Shown: in pieces, positions 12,548 to 25,428 of the stretch | Layout: each line of letters starts with the position of its first letter | How positions within the stretch are numbered: position 1 is the first letter of the stretch | Notes under the pieces: model-generated | Told to the model about the DNA's origin: nothing | The model's database searches: none | What the model saw: only the letters and a program-made list of their open reading frames with translations | Made by a program: the position numbers and the translations under genes | Assembly: GCF_006345805.1 (NCBI RefSeq) | Contig: NC_043010.1 | Coordinates: 37,634,001-37,698,000 of the forward strand | Direction: 5' to 3' | Length of the DNA stretch: 64,000 nt | From: Octopus sinensis | Taxonomy: Eukaryota

Positions 12548-13112
12548 TTGGGTTGTCAGGAAAGTTCATGCCAATTTTTAAAGGAAAGATAAAGGTCGAT
12601 AAATACTTGCCATTACATTTTTAATCAACGAAATATGAACCATTTTGTTGCACAATGCGTCTCCATCTTTCCTTTAACTTGAAAATATCTTCTTCCCAGA
12701 ATTGAGGTGCTTTCATGGCAAAGAATTCATCAAGGTATCTTTTCACGTCATCCAAGGAATTGAAATTTTCACCATTAAGACTATTCTGCAGAGACCTGAA
12801 TAAGTGGAAATCCGAAGGAGCAATATCTGGTGAATATGGAGAGTGGGGTAACACATCCCAGCCAAGCAGCAGCAATTTTTGTCTGGTTCCCAAAGCATCA
12901 AGTGCCGAAAATGAACTTTATTATCTTCCATTTTAAAGGGTTACAGAATTAACAGAGATTATGGGAACATAAATCTTCTTCTACGAAAAGATACTTAAAC
13001 TGTGCTCTAAATGGAGGTGTAGTCAAATCCTATTTTATGAACTCAGCCATGTTCTAAAATAAGTCGAAAGGTAAGCTATTATAAATCGGCACGAACTTTC
13101 CGGACAACTCAA
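12548..13112 (-). mobile_element. Mariner deletion derivative (~565 bp), copy 1
   Basis: TIR TTGGGTTGTC(C/A)GGAAAGTTC, TA on both sides; MEDNKVHFRHLMLW fused to LGWDVLPHSPYSPDIAPSDFHLFRSLQN. Confidence 0.92.
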
Positions 13113-13645
13113 TATATTACTCGAATTAATTCGTTTGTTATAATATACGTAAATGTATTCTACAGTCATTAATTTCTCGTTTCACTAACAATGTCATTAT
13201 GAATGAAACTTAACTACTGATATAGGTGTGATGTGAAAAAGATGAAACTCCACGGGATCGCCCCGTGTCGGGGATTTATGACGTCAGGGTTTGTTTTGGT
13301 TCTTCAGATGTTTGCAGTTACCAACACGTCACAGGATATTGAGCAGACAGTTCAAAAACACGGGTGGTTAGTCATATAAACTAATGACTCCAGAGAGTTT
13401 TTCCAAGGCCATGCGATTAGCAAAAAGAAAAAAAAAGAGAGAGAGAAAGGAAAATAGAAATTTGATTTTTATCGCTCAAATTAACTAAAGAGTTGAAGAA
13501 AAATTGTTGTAAAGGTGCCAATTTTGAAAAGTGTGCACGTGGGGAGCTGTGACTCCCTTGCTCCCCTATTAGCTACTCCAATGACTAGGCCGTGCGCCGC
13601 ACTAATGTTCTTGATCTTCCCACCCTTGATCTAGTAGAACATTTG

Positions 13646-13824
13646 AGGCGCAGGAGTGGCTGTGTGGTAAGTTGCTTGCTTACCAACCACATAGTTCCGG
13701 GTTCAGTCCCACTTCGTGACGCCTTGGGCAAGTGTCTTCTACTATAGCCTTAGGCTGACCGAAGCCTTGTGAATGGATTTGGTAGATGGAAACTGAAAGA
13801 AGCCCGTCGTATATATATATATAG

Positions 13825-13859
<35 letters not shown>

Positions 13860-14090
13860 ATGTGTGTGTGTGTGTATATGTTTGTGTGTCTGTGTTTGTC
13901 CCCCCCCCCACCATCGCTTGACAGCCGATGCTGGTGTGCTTACGTCCCCATAATTTAGCGGTTCGGCAAAAATAGACTGATCGAATAAGTACTAGGCTTA
14001 CAAAGAATAAGTCATTGGGTCGATTTGCTCAACTAAAGGCGGTGTTCCAGCATGGCCGCAGTCAAATGACTGAAACAAGTAAAAGGGTAA
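13646..14090 (+). mobile_element. SINE-A full copy
   Basis: Same modules. Confidence 0.9.
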
Positions 14091-14469
14091 ATGAGTGACA
14101 GCCAGAAGGAAAGAGAGAGAGAGAAAGAGAGAGAGAGAAAGAGAGAGAGAGAGAGGGGGGGGAAGCACCAGTACTCACTGTTTTTCAGCTGAGTAGCAAT
14201 GAGAAGGACACAACTCACGGACCAGCCGAGGAATCGAACCCATGCTCTTACGATCATGAGACCAATACCCTCACCACCAGGCCATACACCTTCGAATTAC
14301 ATGCGCACAGAGATGGGAAATGATTATAGTTTTAGTCCCGTTTATCTTATGAACTACGATAACAGGAATAGCAATCTGGACTCCCTGTTATGGATGGAGT
14401 AGCTTGCATCATAAACCCGCTTTAATGAGGTGGCGACCTGGGGGCTGAAACAACAACCGCTTCCACCAT

Positions 14470-14564
14470 CCATACCCCAACCATCACCAGCAGTCACACC
14501 AGCAGCAGCACCATCACCAGCATCATCAGCAGCAGCACCACCACCACAATAAGCATTATCCCAT

Positions 14565-14601
<37 letters not shown>

Positions 14602-14910
14602 GTTGCCGCCGCCGCTGCTGCTACTTTTGGTGCTGCTGCTACTTTTGGTGCTGCTGCTACCATCACTACCACCATCGCCACTACCATCATCGTCTCCATC
14701 CTCATCACCCTCCCCACCACCACCACCACCACCACCACCACCACCACCACCACCACCACCACCACCAATGATTTACCATCCTCATCAGCGCCGCTAACAC
14801 TACCGCCACAAACCCCCCCCCCCCTACCGCCACACACCCCCCCAACACCACCACCATCGCCACCGCCATCATTAGCACCAACACCATCACCACCAGCATC
14901 CCTCGCCACC
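14470..14910. repeat. Compound (ACC/AGC/ACT/GCT)n repeat
   Basis: Direct inspection. Confidence 0.9.
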
Positions 14911-15656
14911 ACATTTCTAATAAAGTACCCTGTGCTATTTATAAATCTTGTCATTCGGTGTAAAACTGTTTCTACGTAGAGTGAGTGTTTGCATGTGTGT
15001 ATGTTTGTATAAGTGCCTGCATGCGCGCGCGTATATATGTGTGTGCGTATGAGTGCGCGCGTGCGTGTGTGTGCGCGTGTGTGTGAGTGTGTGTGTGTTG
15101 TGTGTGTGTGTGTGTGTATGTGTGTGCGTGCGTGTATGTTTGCGCGAGTGAGTTACTATTCATGGTTTGACTTAAGTCGCTCTGATCTAGTAGACTTTCC
15201 GGTCAAGACATTCCATACATGACCGTCCTGCGAGAAACCGTTTCTAGGGGGTATGTAGAAATGCATTATGTAATGGATCCGTCTCCGACCATACTGATGC
15301 TGTCAGGGTGAGATGTGTGGTAAATTTAGTTCCTGTTCCTGTTCCTAACAGGTCAAATGACCCTGCAAGTCTTCCCTCGCCCGCTCTTTGGCGGCTTGTA
15401 AGACCCAAATAGCTGGTTGATAGCATCTGAAGAGACGTGTGGAGGTAAGGGTTAGTCGTCTGTACATACCATTGCCATTGTAATAAATATGAGGCGATGG
15501 GAGCGGGATGTCGTGGTCCTGTGGTTAAGGGATTCGCTTCTTTGCGTTGTGTCCCTCGGTTCGAATTGAGCAAGTGTTTTCGACTGTGGTTTCGTGTTAA
15601 CCAATATTTTCTAAGTGGAATTTGGTAAATGTAAACTGTGTGCAAGTACCACCCAA

Positions 15657-15754
15657 TATAATATAATATAATATAATATAATATAATATAATATAATATA
15701 ATTATAATATAATATAATATAATATAATATAATATAATATATATAATATAATAT
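15657..15754. repeat. (ATAAT)n pentanucleotide repeat
   Basis: Direct inspection. Confidence 0.95.
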
Positions 15755-15915
15755 AGGCGCAGGCGTGGCTGTGTGGTAAGAAGCTTGCTTCTCAACCACA
15801 TGGTTCCAGGTCAGTCTCACTGTGTGCACGTTGTGTCTTCTAAAAACCAAAGCTTTGTGAGTAGATTTGGTAGACAGAAATTAACAGAAGCTCGTCACAC
15901 ACGCACACATTATAT

Positions 15916-15987
<72 letters not shown>

Positions 15988-16222
15988 ATATATGTATATA
16001 TTATATGTGTGTGTGAGTGTCTTTGTGTTTGTCCCTCCATCACCGCTTGACAGCCGGTGTTGGTGTGTTTACATCCCCGTAACTTAGCGGTTCGGCCAAA
16101 GGAAACGATAGGACAAGTACTACGCTTTAAATAATGAGCCCTGGAGTCGATTTGTTCGACTAAAACACTTCAAGTCGGTGCTCCAGCATGACCGCATTCA
16201 AATGATTGAAACAAGTAAGAGA
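15755..16222 (+). mobile_element. SINE-A copy
   Basis: Same modules, central deletion. Confidence 0.85.
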
Positions 16223-16322
16223 ATATATAATAAGCACATAAATGTGAAACAAGGTGGAAGAAGAATAGTACTCGAATACCGGTGGTAGAGTAATATGCTT
16301 TGTTAATATATATATATATATA

Positions 16323-16783
16323 TGAGGCGGGCTGAAAAGTTCCTGGCTTTAGGTAAAAGAAAATAGGAGGATCAGTTAATTATGATTTTATTCAACTTAT
16401 TCCCTACTCACCTTCTTTCATTATTGCCCACGAGGGGCTAAACATAGAGGGGACAAGCAAGGATAGACAAAGGGATTCAGTCAATTACATCGGCCCCAGT
16501 GCGTAACTGGTACTTAATTTATCGACCCCGAAATGATGAAAGGCAAAGTCGACCTCAGCGGAATTTGAACTCAGAACGTAACGGCAGACGAAATACAGCT
16601 AAGCATTTCGCCCGGCGTGCTTAACGATTCTGCCAGCTCGCCGCCTTATTACATATTCTCTACTCACATTCACGCACTTCTTGCAGCGGTCCTTCAATTT
16701 TTCTAAACCCTGTACAAGAATTCGGAAGTCTGGGCCTCTAGCCAAGCCTTTTGCGACACCCTGAACGCCAGGAACTTTCCAGC
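16323..16783 (-). mobile_element. Mariner-derived MITE interrupted by a SINE
   Basis: Ends gaggcgggctgaaaagttcctggc / gccaggaactttccagc; homologous to 30151-30372. Confidence 0.75.
16411..16647 (-). mobile_element. SINE-B inside the mariner MITE
   Basis: Degenerate 16-bp TSD acttattccctactca (16395-16410) / acatattctctactca (16651-16666). Confidence 0.9.
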
Positions 16784-16837
16784 ATGTATGAGTGTATGTG
16801 TGTGTGTGTGTGTGTGTGTTTGTGTTTGCGTATACTT

Positions 16838-17299
16838 ATTTCCTTGTTTCACGTATTTGATTGTGGCCATGCTGGGGTACCACTTTGAATTTTAGTCGAA
16901 TGAATCGACCCCAGTAATTACTTTTAAAGCCTGGTACTTATTCTATCAGTTTCTTTTATCGAACCGCTAGGTTACGCGGACGCAAACACACCAACACCCG
17001 TTGTCAAGCAGTGGTGGAGGACAAACACAGAGGGAACGACACACACCACACACACACACACACGCACACACGCACACACGCACACACACAAACACACATA
17101 CACACACACACACACACAAACACACACGCACACATATGTGTAATGGGCTTCTTTCTGTTTCCATCTACCAAATACATTCACAAGGCTTTGGTCGGCTTTA
17201 GGTTAGAGGAGAAGATACTTGCTCAAGGTGCTATGCAGTGGGTCTGAACCTGGAACAATGTCGTTGGGAAGCAAGCTACTTATCACACAGACACACCTG
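16838..17299 (-). mobile_element. SINE-A copy
   Basis: Same modules. Confidence 0.85.
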
Positions 17300-17559
17300 T
17301 ATGTGTTTGCGTATATGCACACACATGTTGTTGCATGTTGGATGGGTCATTTAGCCAGTGTAAGCACACTAACTGGTTTGAATTCACTTCCCAAGATACA
17401 AATTTCAGCGTACAATTTTACGCCAAGAATCATGTGAAACAAACACAAAATCTCTCTCTCTCTCTCTATCTGTCTGTCTGTCTGTCTGTCTGTCTGTCCT
17501 GTCTGTTTGCCCGTCTGCCTACGAACGCGCGCGAGTATGTATGTATGTATGTATGTATG

Positions 17560-17591
<32 letters not shown>

Positions 17592-18169
17592 GGCGTTTAT
17601 AGCTTTTCTTGTTGTGCATCAGTGTAGGGTGTAAACATTGCCGAAAAACCGGTGCTCTTTGAACGAAATCCCTTCCCATCATCTATACAGGTACTCCCAT
17701 AGTATAGACCCGTTAGAAACCTGTAGCTAACGACGCCATTCTTCAATATTGCAATATAGAATAATAAAAGAAGATATAAATAAAAATTGAGGCTTTTGTT
17801 GTTAATCTTCAAATAAGTTCTCATCCAACAGACCCGTGACCAAAGGCGTTCCTAACATGACTATTCCATTTCTTTCTCTGGTATTGGGTACCTAGGACTA
17901 CATAGCCAAAACGTGCGCCTCTTGTTTCGACACCGTAGGATATTAAAGTCGAGGGTAATTAGGCTACTGCTGTTGTTTCTAGCAAGTCTCAGTGTGAATA
18001 CGTACTTCTTTTTCTTCCTTTATTGAAGCGAGTAGGGTGTGATTTTGAGGTAGATTTGGCTGCCATTTCTAGCATGTGGAGCGATCGCATAGAGGCGATT
18101 CTTCTCTTTACGGGAGGTGGTTCACACTTAGCGCTTACGGCAAAACGATACCTTCGTCAATTGCATTTC

Positions 18170-18233
18170 ACATACTACAACACCACCACCACCACCACCA
18201 ACAGCAACAACAACAACAACAACAACAACAACA

Positions 18234-18277
<44 letters not shown>

Positions 18278-18338
18278 CATACCCCCTCGAACATCCCGTC
18301 CACCACCACTGCTATTAACATCCCTATCACCACTCCCT

Positions 18339-18374
<36 letters not shown>

Positions 18375-18415
18375 ACTACTACTGCTACTACTACTACTGC
18401 TACTACCACAGCGGT
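18170..18415. repeat. (ACC)(AAC)(ACT) compound repeat ~0.5 kb upstream of the lectin ATG
   Basis: Direct inspection. Confidence 0.95.
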
Positions 18416-18942
18416 TGCTATTTTGCAAGGAATATAAACAAGACGGGTAGAGTAGGGTAGGTAGGGCCGCAGTGGCGTGATGAAGAAGGAAAGAACGAAA
18501 GAAAGAAAGGATGGAAGGAAGAAGGAAAGGTCGAAATTGAACCGAAAACAGAGAGTCGATCCGGGTAGCAGACCCTTGTTTCTGAGGCTACCGGAGTCGT
18601 AATATTTACATACAGAAAGAAGGCAGAGTTGAGAGTTCTTAAGTTTTTGTTTTTGTTGTTTGTATTGGATAAATGAAAATACCGGGTAAAGCAGTCTAAG
18701 GAGGATAGCAGCGAACGGCAGCGGGTAGCGTCGGACCATTTTCGTATGGGACAGTAACCGAAAAAACAACAACAACAACAACAACACCAGCAAACCCACC
18801 GCATACATACGTTAGAAAATTTTTATACGGGATCATTCGAACGGTGGAGTTTCTTCAGTCGCGCGGACACACGGAAACCCTCAGCGGCCAAACAGCATTC
18901 ACAGAGCCTGCTGCTGCCAGGGAAGGACACATTTAAATAGGA

Positions 18943-19099
18943 ATGCCGAGGATCAAATACCAGCGGTTGGGGCCGTCCCTGGACAACACTCATGCCGGAC
19001 ATGTAACCGCAAGGCTTCAGGATATATTACTTCTAATACTTCTACTGTTGGTCACTTTCTCCGGCCACTCAGTGTCCGCCGAATATGATGATACGAATG
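18943..19099 (+). CDS. Exon 1 of candidate GPI-anchored tandem DUF3011/ADEL-like lectin: start codon and signal peptide
   Basis: ATG 18943; MPRIKYQR...LQDILLLILLLLVTFSGHSVSA|EYDDTN; hydrophobic core plus VSA cleavage motif; GT donor at 19100 (phase 1); lies in CpG-richer unique DNA. Confidence 0.75.
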
Positions 19100-19138
19100 G
19101 TTTGTACTGTTTTCCTCTAGAAATTCTTTTATATTGCA

Positions 19139-19173
<35 letters not shown>

Positions 19174-19193
19174 ATGTGCTTGTGTAAATGTAT

Positions 19194-19620
19194 ACTCTTT
19201 TTACTTGTTTCAGTCATTTGACTGCGGCCATGCTGGGGCACCGCCTTTAGTCAAGCAAATCGACCCCGGGACTTATTCTTTGTAAGTCTCTTTTGCCGAA
19301 CCGCTAAGTGACGGAGACTTTTGTAAGTCTCTTTTGCCGAACCGCTAAGTGACGGGGACGTAAACACACCAGCATCGGTTGTCAAGCAATGCTAGGGGAA
19401 CAAACACAGACACACAAACATATTCACACACACTTATATATATATATACATATATACGACAGGCTTCTTTCAGTTTCCGTCTACCAAATCCACTCACAAG
19501 GCATTGGTCGGCCCGGGGCTATAGCAGAAGACACTTGCCCAAGATGCCACGCAGTGGGACTGAACCCGGAACCATGTGGTTGGTTAGCAAGCTACTTACC
19601 AAACAGCCACTCCTGCGCCT
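19194..19620 (-). mobile_element. SINE-A copy ~95 bp into lectin intron 1
   Basis: Same modules; internal ~40-bp duplication of gtaagtctcttttgccgaaccgctaagtgacgg. Confidence 0.9.
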
Positions 19621-19631
19621 ATACATACATA

Positions 19632-19880
19632 CATACAAATGTGTGTATCTATGATTTCTTTACTGCCCACAAGGGGCTACACACAAAGGGGACAAACAAA
19701 GGCAGACAAACGGATTAAGTCGATTATATCGACACCAGTGCATAACTGGTACTTATTTAATCGACCCCGAAAGGATGAAAGGCAAAGTAGACCTCGGCGG
19801 AATTTGAACTCAGAATGTAGCGGCAGACGAAATACAGCTAAGCATTTCGCCCGGCGTGCTAACATTTCTGCCAGCTCGCC
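19632..19880 (-). mobile_element. SINE-B full copy
   Basis: Tail type gccccttgtgggcagtaaagaaat. Confidence 0.9.
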
Positions 19881-19914
<34 letters not shown>

Positions 19915-20025
19915 TGTATGTATGTATGTATGTATGTATGTATGTATGTTTGCATGTATGTATGTATGTATGTATGAATGCATGTATGTATATATAAATA
20001 CATATATGTACGCTTGAATGTGTGA

Positions 20026-20074
<49 letters not shown>

Positions 20075-20123
20075 ATGTATTTTTTATATAAAATGTATAA
20101 ACACATACACACACACACATTCA

Positions 20124-20207
20124 CACGTTCCCTCGACTATCGCGGGTTGTGCTTTCCAAAATCCCGTGCGACAGGTTGAAAATCCGCGAAGTAGAAACGG
20201 TACTGTC

Positions 20208-20292
<85 letters not shown>

Positions 20293-20460
20293 TGTTTGGA
20301 GATGATCTACACGTATTATATTAGGAGAAATGAGGTACTCAGAAATTCGGATGGTTTTATAATTACATATATATATATTTGTATATTACATGTTTTTATA
20401 CATCATATATCATATATCAATATTAGCGCTTTCGTCCATTCTAGTGGAGTTTTCAAAATG

Positions 20461-20510
<50 letters not shown>

Positions 20511-20776
20511 TTTTTAATTATTCTTATATAATTTGGTATGCAAGTACTGTGACAGAAGCGGCGTTTCAATCATAGGAAGAATTAGCCAAGAAAGAAGCGG
20601 CAAGAAAGGGAGCACCTGATATGTTCGATTAAGCTAAATTGAAAGTCTGCATAGACGAAAAGGACCAAATATATAAATACTAAACAACACCACGGAGGAA
20701 TCGACGTAGGCTTAAATAATAAACCGCGATAGATGAACCGTGATAGGTGAACAACGATATAGCGAGTGATTACTCT
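20124..20776. mobile_element. Tigger/pogo-like MITE, degraded and broken by (TA)n
   Basis: ccctcgactatcgcgg at the left end, cgatatagcgagtgattactcta at the right: imperfect inverted ends of Tigger type. Confidence 0.45.
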
Positions 20777-20830
20777 ATATATACATACATACATGCATAC
20801 ATACATACATACATACATACATACATACAT

Positions 20831-20865
<35 letters not shown>

Positions 20866-20871
20866 TACATA

Positions 20872-21986
20872 TTCTTTTATTGTTATTTGTTTCAGTCATT
20901 TGACTGCGGTCATGCTGGAGCACCGCCTTTAGTCGAGCAAATCGACCCCAGGACGTATTCTTTGTAAGCCTAGTACTTATTCTATCGGTCTATTTTCTAA
21001 GTTACGGGGACGTCAACACACCAGCTTCTTGCAGTTTCCGTCTACCAAATCCACTCTCAAGGCTTTGGTCGGTCCGAGGTTATAGTAGAAGATACTTACC
21101 CAAGGTGCCACGCAGTGGGACCGAACCCGGAATCATGTGGCTGGTAAGCAAGCCACTTACTACACAGCCGCTCCTATACCTGTATATATATATACATATA
21201 TATATTCTTTTCTTTGTTTCAGTCATTTGACTGCGGCCATGCATTTAGTCGAAGAAATCGACCCCAGGACTTATTCTTTGTAAGCCTAGTACTTACTCTA
21301 TCCGTCTATTGGCCGAACCGCTAAGTTACCGGGACGTAAAGACACCAGCATCGGTTGTCAAGCAATGGTGGGGGTGGGAGGTGACAAACACATACATACA
21401 TACATACATACATATATACATTTCAGTTTCCGTCTACCAAATCCACTCACAATGCTTCGGTCGGTCCGAGGCTATAGTAGATGCCTGAGGTGCCACGCAG
21501 TGAAACTGAACCCGGAACCATGTGGTCGGGAAGCAAGCTTCTTACCACACATCCACTCCTGCAAGTATGTATATATCATTTTGATATGTGATTATATATA
21601 CTCTTTACTCTTTTATTTGTTTCAGTCATTTGACTGCGGCCATGCTGGAGCACCGCCTTTAATCGACCAACTCGGGACTCATTCTTTTGTAAGCCCAGTA
21701 CTTATTCTATCGGTCTCTTTTGCCGAACCGTTAAGTAACGGGGACATAAACACACCAGCATCGGTTGTCAAGCAATGCTAGGGGGACAAACACAGACACA
21801 CAAACACACACATGCATACATATATACATATATACGACGGGCTTCTTTCAGTTTCCGTCTACCAAATCCACTCACAAGGCTTTGGTCGGCCCGAGGCTAT
21901 AGTAGAAAACACTTGCCCAGTGGGACTGAACCCAGAACCATGTGGTTGGTAAACAAGCTACTTACCACACAGCCACTCCTGCGCCT
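20872..21986 (-). mobile_element. Three consecutive SINE-A copies (~20872-21180, 21205-21560, 21600-21986)
   Basis: Head-to-tail, each with different deletions. Confidence 0.85.
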
Positions 21987-22199
21987 ATATATGAGAGTTT
22001 ATTTTATGAAGATGGTGACTCAATATGTCGTTACTCCAAGTTTCTTGCCAAATGCTGCTTTTCAGAACAATGTATCTTCCACCCTTATGTCACCCGAGAT
22101 CGATAAAATACGTATTGGGGTAGATAACGAGTATAGCTTAAAAGGTCGTACACCATTATATCTACATAGAGGTACTGAAGCTTATTAAAGGTTTTTTTA

Positions 22200-22732
22200 A
22201 ATACACGTATGCCCCTATACACACATTTGTGTATGTATGTATGTGCACACGTGCATACATATATGCATGTGTATAGGTGTAAATACATACGTACGTACAT
22301 GAATGCATATATGTTTGTATGTATGTATGTATATATGGGCATACATATGCATATGTATAGGTGAGAATACATACATACATACAAACATATATGCGTATAT
22401 GTCTGTATGTTTGTATGTATGTGTGTATGTATATATATATATATATATATGTCTGTATGTTTGTATGTATGTGTGTATGTGTATATATATATATATGTAT
22501 ATATATATACATGTGTATATATATGTATATGTATATGTATATATATATATATGTCTGTATGTTTGTATGTATGTGTGTATGTATATATATATATGTGTGT
22601 GTGTGTATATGTATATATATATATGTATAATATATATACATGTATATATATATATATACATATATATACATATATATTATCTTATATATATGTATATGTA
22701 TATATATATATATTATATGTATATATATATAT

Positions 22733-22782
<50 letters not shown>

Positions 22783-22810
22783 TATCTATTATAATATATA
22801 TATATACATG
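22200..22810. repeat. (TA)/(TGTA) low-complexity tract
   Basis: Direct inspection. Confidence 0.95.
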
Positions 22811-22972
22811 TATTTTAGACACTCACATGTATTATGTTGTTCTTCCGAAGATCTTAAAAAAGCTCTGCTATAATTGTGTCCGAAATGCAAAACGTTTCCT
22901 TGAGGTATTTTCACATGCATATTGTAGGTACGATGGTCAGTCTCACTACATTTAATATCTCTCTCTCTCTCC

Positions 22973-23109
<137 letters not shown>

Positions 23110-23387
23110 ACACACAAAGCTCAATTAAAATACCGCTGATGAAGATGAGCAAACCAAAATTTCGAAATCCCAGTCAACTTTTTCATTTTAAAACTCAATA
23201 CGTACTCCACTAAAAACTCAATAATGTACTCAATACGTATGTACTCCACTAAAAAGTATTGAGGAATCTTTCAGCTTAATATTATTTGTTTTTAATATAC
23301 ACACACAGACGCATGCACACACGCGCACATACACACACACGTGTATGTATACACACACACGTGTATGAACACACACACACAAGTATG

Positions 23388-23419
<32 letters not shown>

Positions 23420-23449
23420 CACACGCATACATACTTGTGTGTGTGAATT

Positions 23450-23645
23450 CTTTTACTCTTACTTTTACTTGTTTCACTCATTTGACTGCAGCCATGCTGG
23501 AGCACCACCTTCAGTCGAACAAATCGACTCCAGGTCTTATTCTTTGTAAGCCTAGTACTTATTCTATAGGCTTCTTTTCCTGAATCGCTAGTTTACGGGG
23601 ATGTAAACACACCGACATCGGTTGTCAAACGATTTGGGTGGGGGG
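23450..23645 (-). mobile_element. SINE-A 3' half
   Basis: 3' body only. Confidence 0.85.
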
Positions 23646-23738
23646 CAATCACACACACACCACACACACACACACGTGCACACACACACACACACACACA
23701 CACGTGCACACACACACACACACACACATATTTAATAA

Positions 23739-23971
23739 AGGCGGCATGCTGGCAGAAACATTAGCACGCCGGGCGAAATGCGTAGCCGTATTTCGTCTGC
23801 CGTTACGTTCTGAGTTCAAATTCCGCCGAGGTCGACTTTGCCTTTCATCCTTTCGGGGTCGATAAATTAAGTACCAGTTTACGCACTGGGGTCGATGTAA
23901 TCGACTTAATCCGTTTGTCTGTCCTTGTTTGTCCCCTCTGTGTTTAGCCCCTTGTGGGTAGTAAAGAAATA
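23739..23971 (+). mobile_element. SINE-B full copy
   Basis: Same modules. Confidence 0.9.
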
Positions 23972-24292
23972 TATATTTAATGCCTGCGTGTGTGTGTGTG
24001 TGTGTTAGCATAAGACTAACATACTTCCCAATCATTTCTTAATTAGTCAAGTGGCTGATGTACAAGTCCATTAACCTGAAGTTCGTATGTTCATAATGTT
24101 TCAACCGTCAGGCACCTATTTGCAGCTGAAGTAATAGTGGAGGTGATTCGGACTAAATTATCTGTCACAGACACAGGACCGCGCAGTTCTGGTAACAAGA
24201 TTCAAAACCACAATTCTTAGATTGCTCAATAAACACTCTGACGACCACTCATCCATATACGGCGCTTTATAATGTTGTTATTGCTGTATTTT

Positions 24293-24680
24293 GTGGAGGC
24301 GCAATGGCCCAGTGGTTTGGGCAGCGGACTCGCGGTCGTAGGATCGCGGTTTCGATTCCCAGACCGGGCATTGTGAGTGTTTATTGAGCGAAAACACCCA
24401 AAGCTTCACAAGGCTCCTGCAGGGGGTGATGGTGAATCCTGCTGTACTCTTTCACCACAACTTTCTCTCACTCTTTCTTCCTGTTTTTGTCGTACCTGTA
24501 TTTCAAAGGGGCCAGCCTTGTCACACTCTGTGTCACGTTGAATCTCCTCGAGAACTACGTTAAGGGTACACGTGTCTGTGGAATGCTCAGCCACTTGCAC
24601 GTTAATTCCACGAGCAAGCTGTTCCGTTGATCGTATCAGTTGGGACCCTTATTGTCGTAACCGACGGAGTGCTCCTACTA
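24293..24680 (+). mobile_element. SINE-C head (ggaggcgcaatggcccagtgg) with long SINE-D-type tail
   Basis: 15-bp TSD TTATTGCTGTATTTT (24278-24292 / 24681-24695). Confidence 0.9.
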
Positions 24681-25220
24681 TTATTGCTGTATTTTAGTAT
24701 GAGGACACATAACTTAGTTGTTAGGGTGTTGTACTCGCAATTGCGAGATCATGGTTTCAGTTCGTAGACCATGGGGCGTGTTGTGCTGTACTGTTTTGAG
24801 CACAGCACTTCATCTCACTTTGCTCTGCTATCACTTCGACTCCTGACGTTTCATACACTGTGCTCCTGTTCAGGCAGCAGTGATTTGATGGAAGGAGTGA
24901 ACTAATGTACTGCACGTACATTTCACCACTATGAAACAAGTCATTTGTACAGGTTTGTTCAGCAACAGATGGCAGAACCTTCTTTCTTGGACTACGAGAA
25001 ACCACCATCCTTGCTGTATGTTAGTGACTGACATATTCAGAGGAAGATCAGGGCTCATGACCCTTTCAAAGTCTCGTTCACTGACTGTAGGAAGGGACGA
25101 AGTTATTCTCAGACTGGACATCTAGTCAAAGTGCTTGAAACAAAATGGTGTGAGCAAGCGTCTAGAGGATTGTCTTAAACGGGACAATGGATTTGGATTA
25201 CTGTTTTTTTTTTGCTATAT

Positions 25221-25396
25221 AGGCGTAGGAGTGGCTGTGTAGTAAGTAGCTTGCTTACGAACTACATTGTTCCGGGTTCAGTCCCACTGCATGGCACCTT
25301 GGGCAAGTGTCTTCTACTATAGCCTCGGGCCGACCACAGCCTTGTGAGTGGATTTGGTAGACGGAAACTGAAAAACGCCCGTAGTATATATGTATG

Positions 25397-25428
<32 letters not shown>

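Noticed and set aside
22162-22955. Multiple long Y/I/C/V ORFs
   Set aside because: (TA)/(TGTA) microsatellite translations
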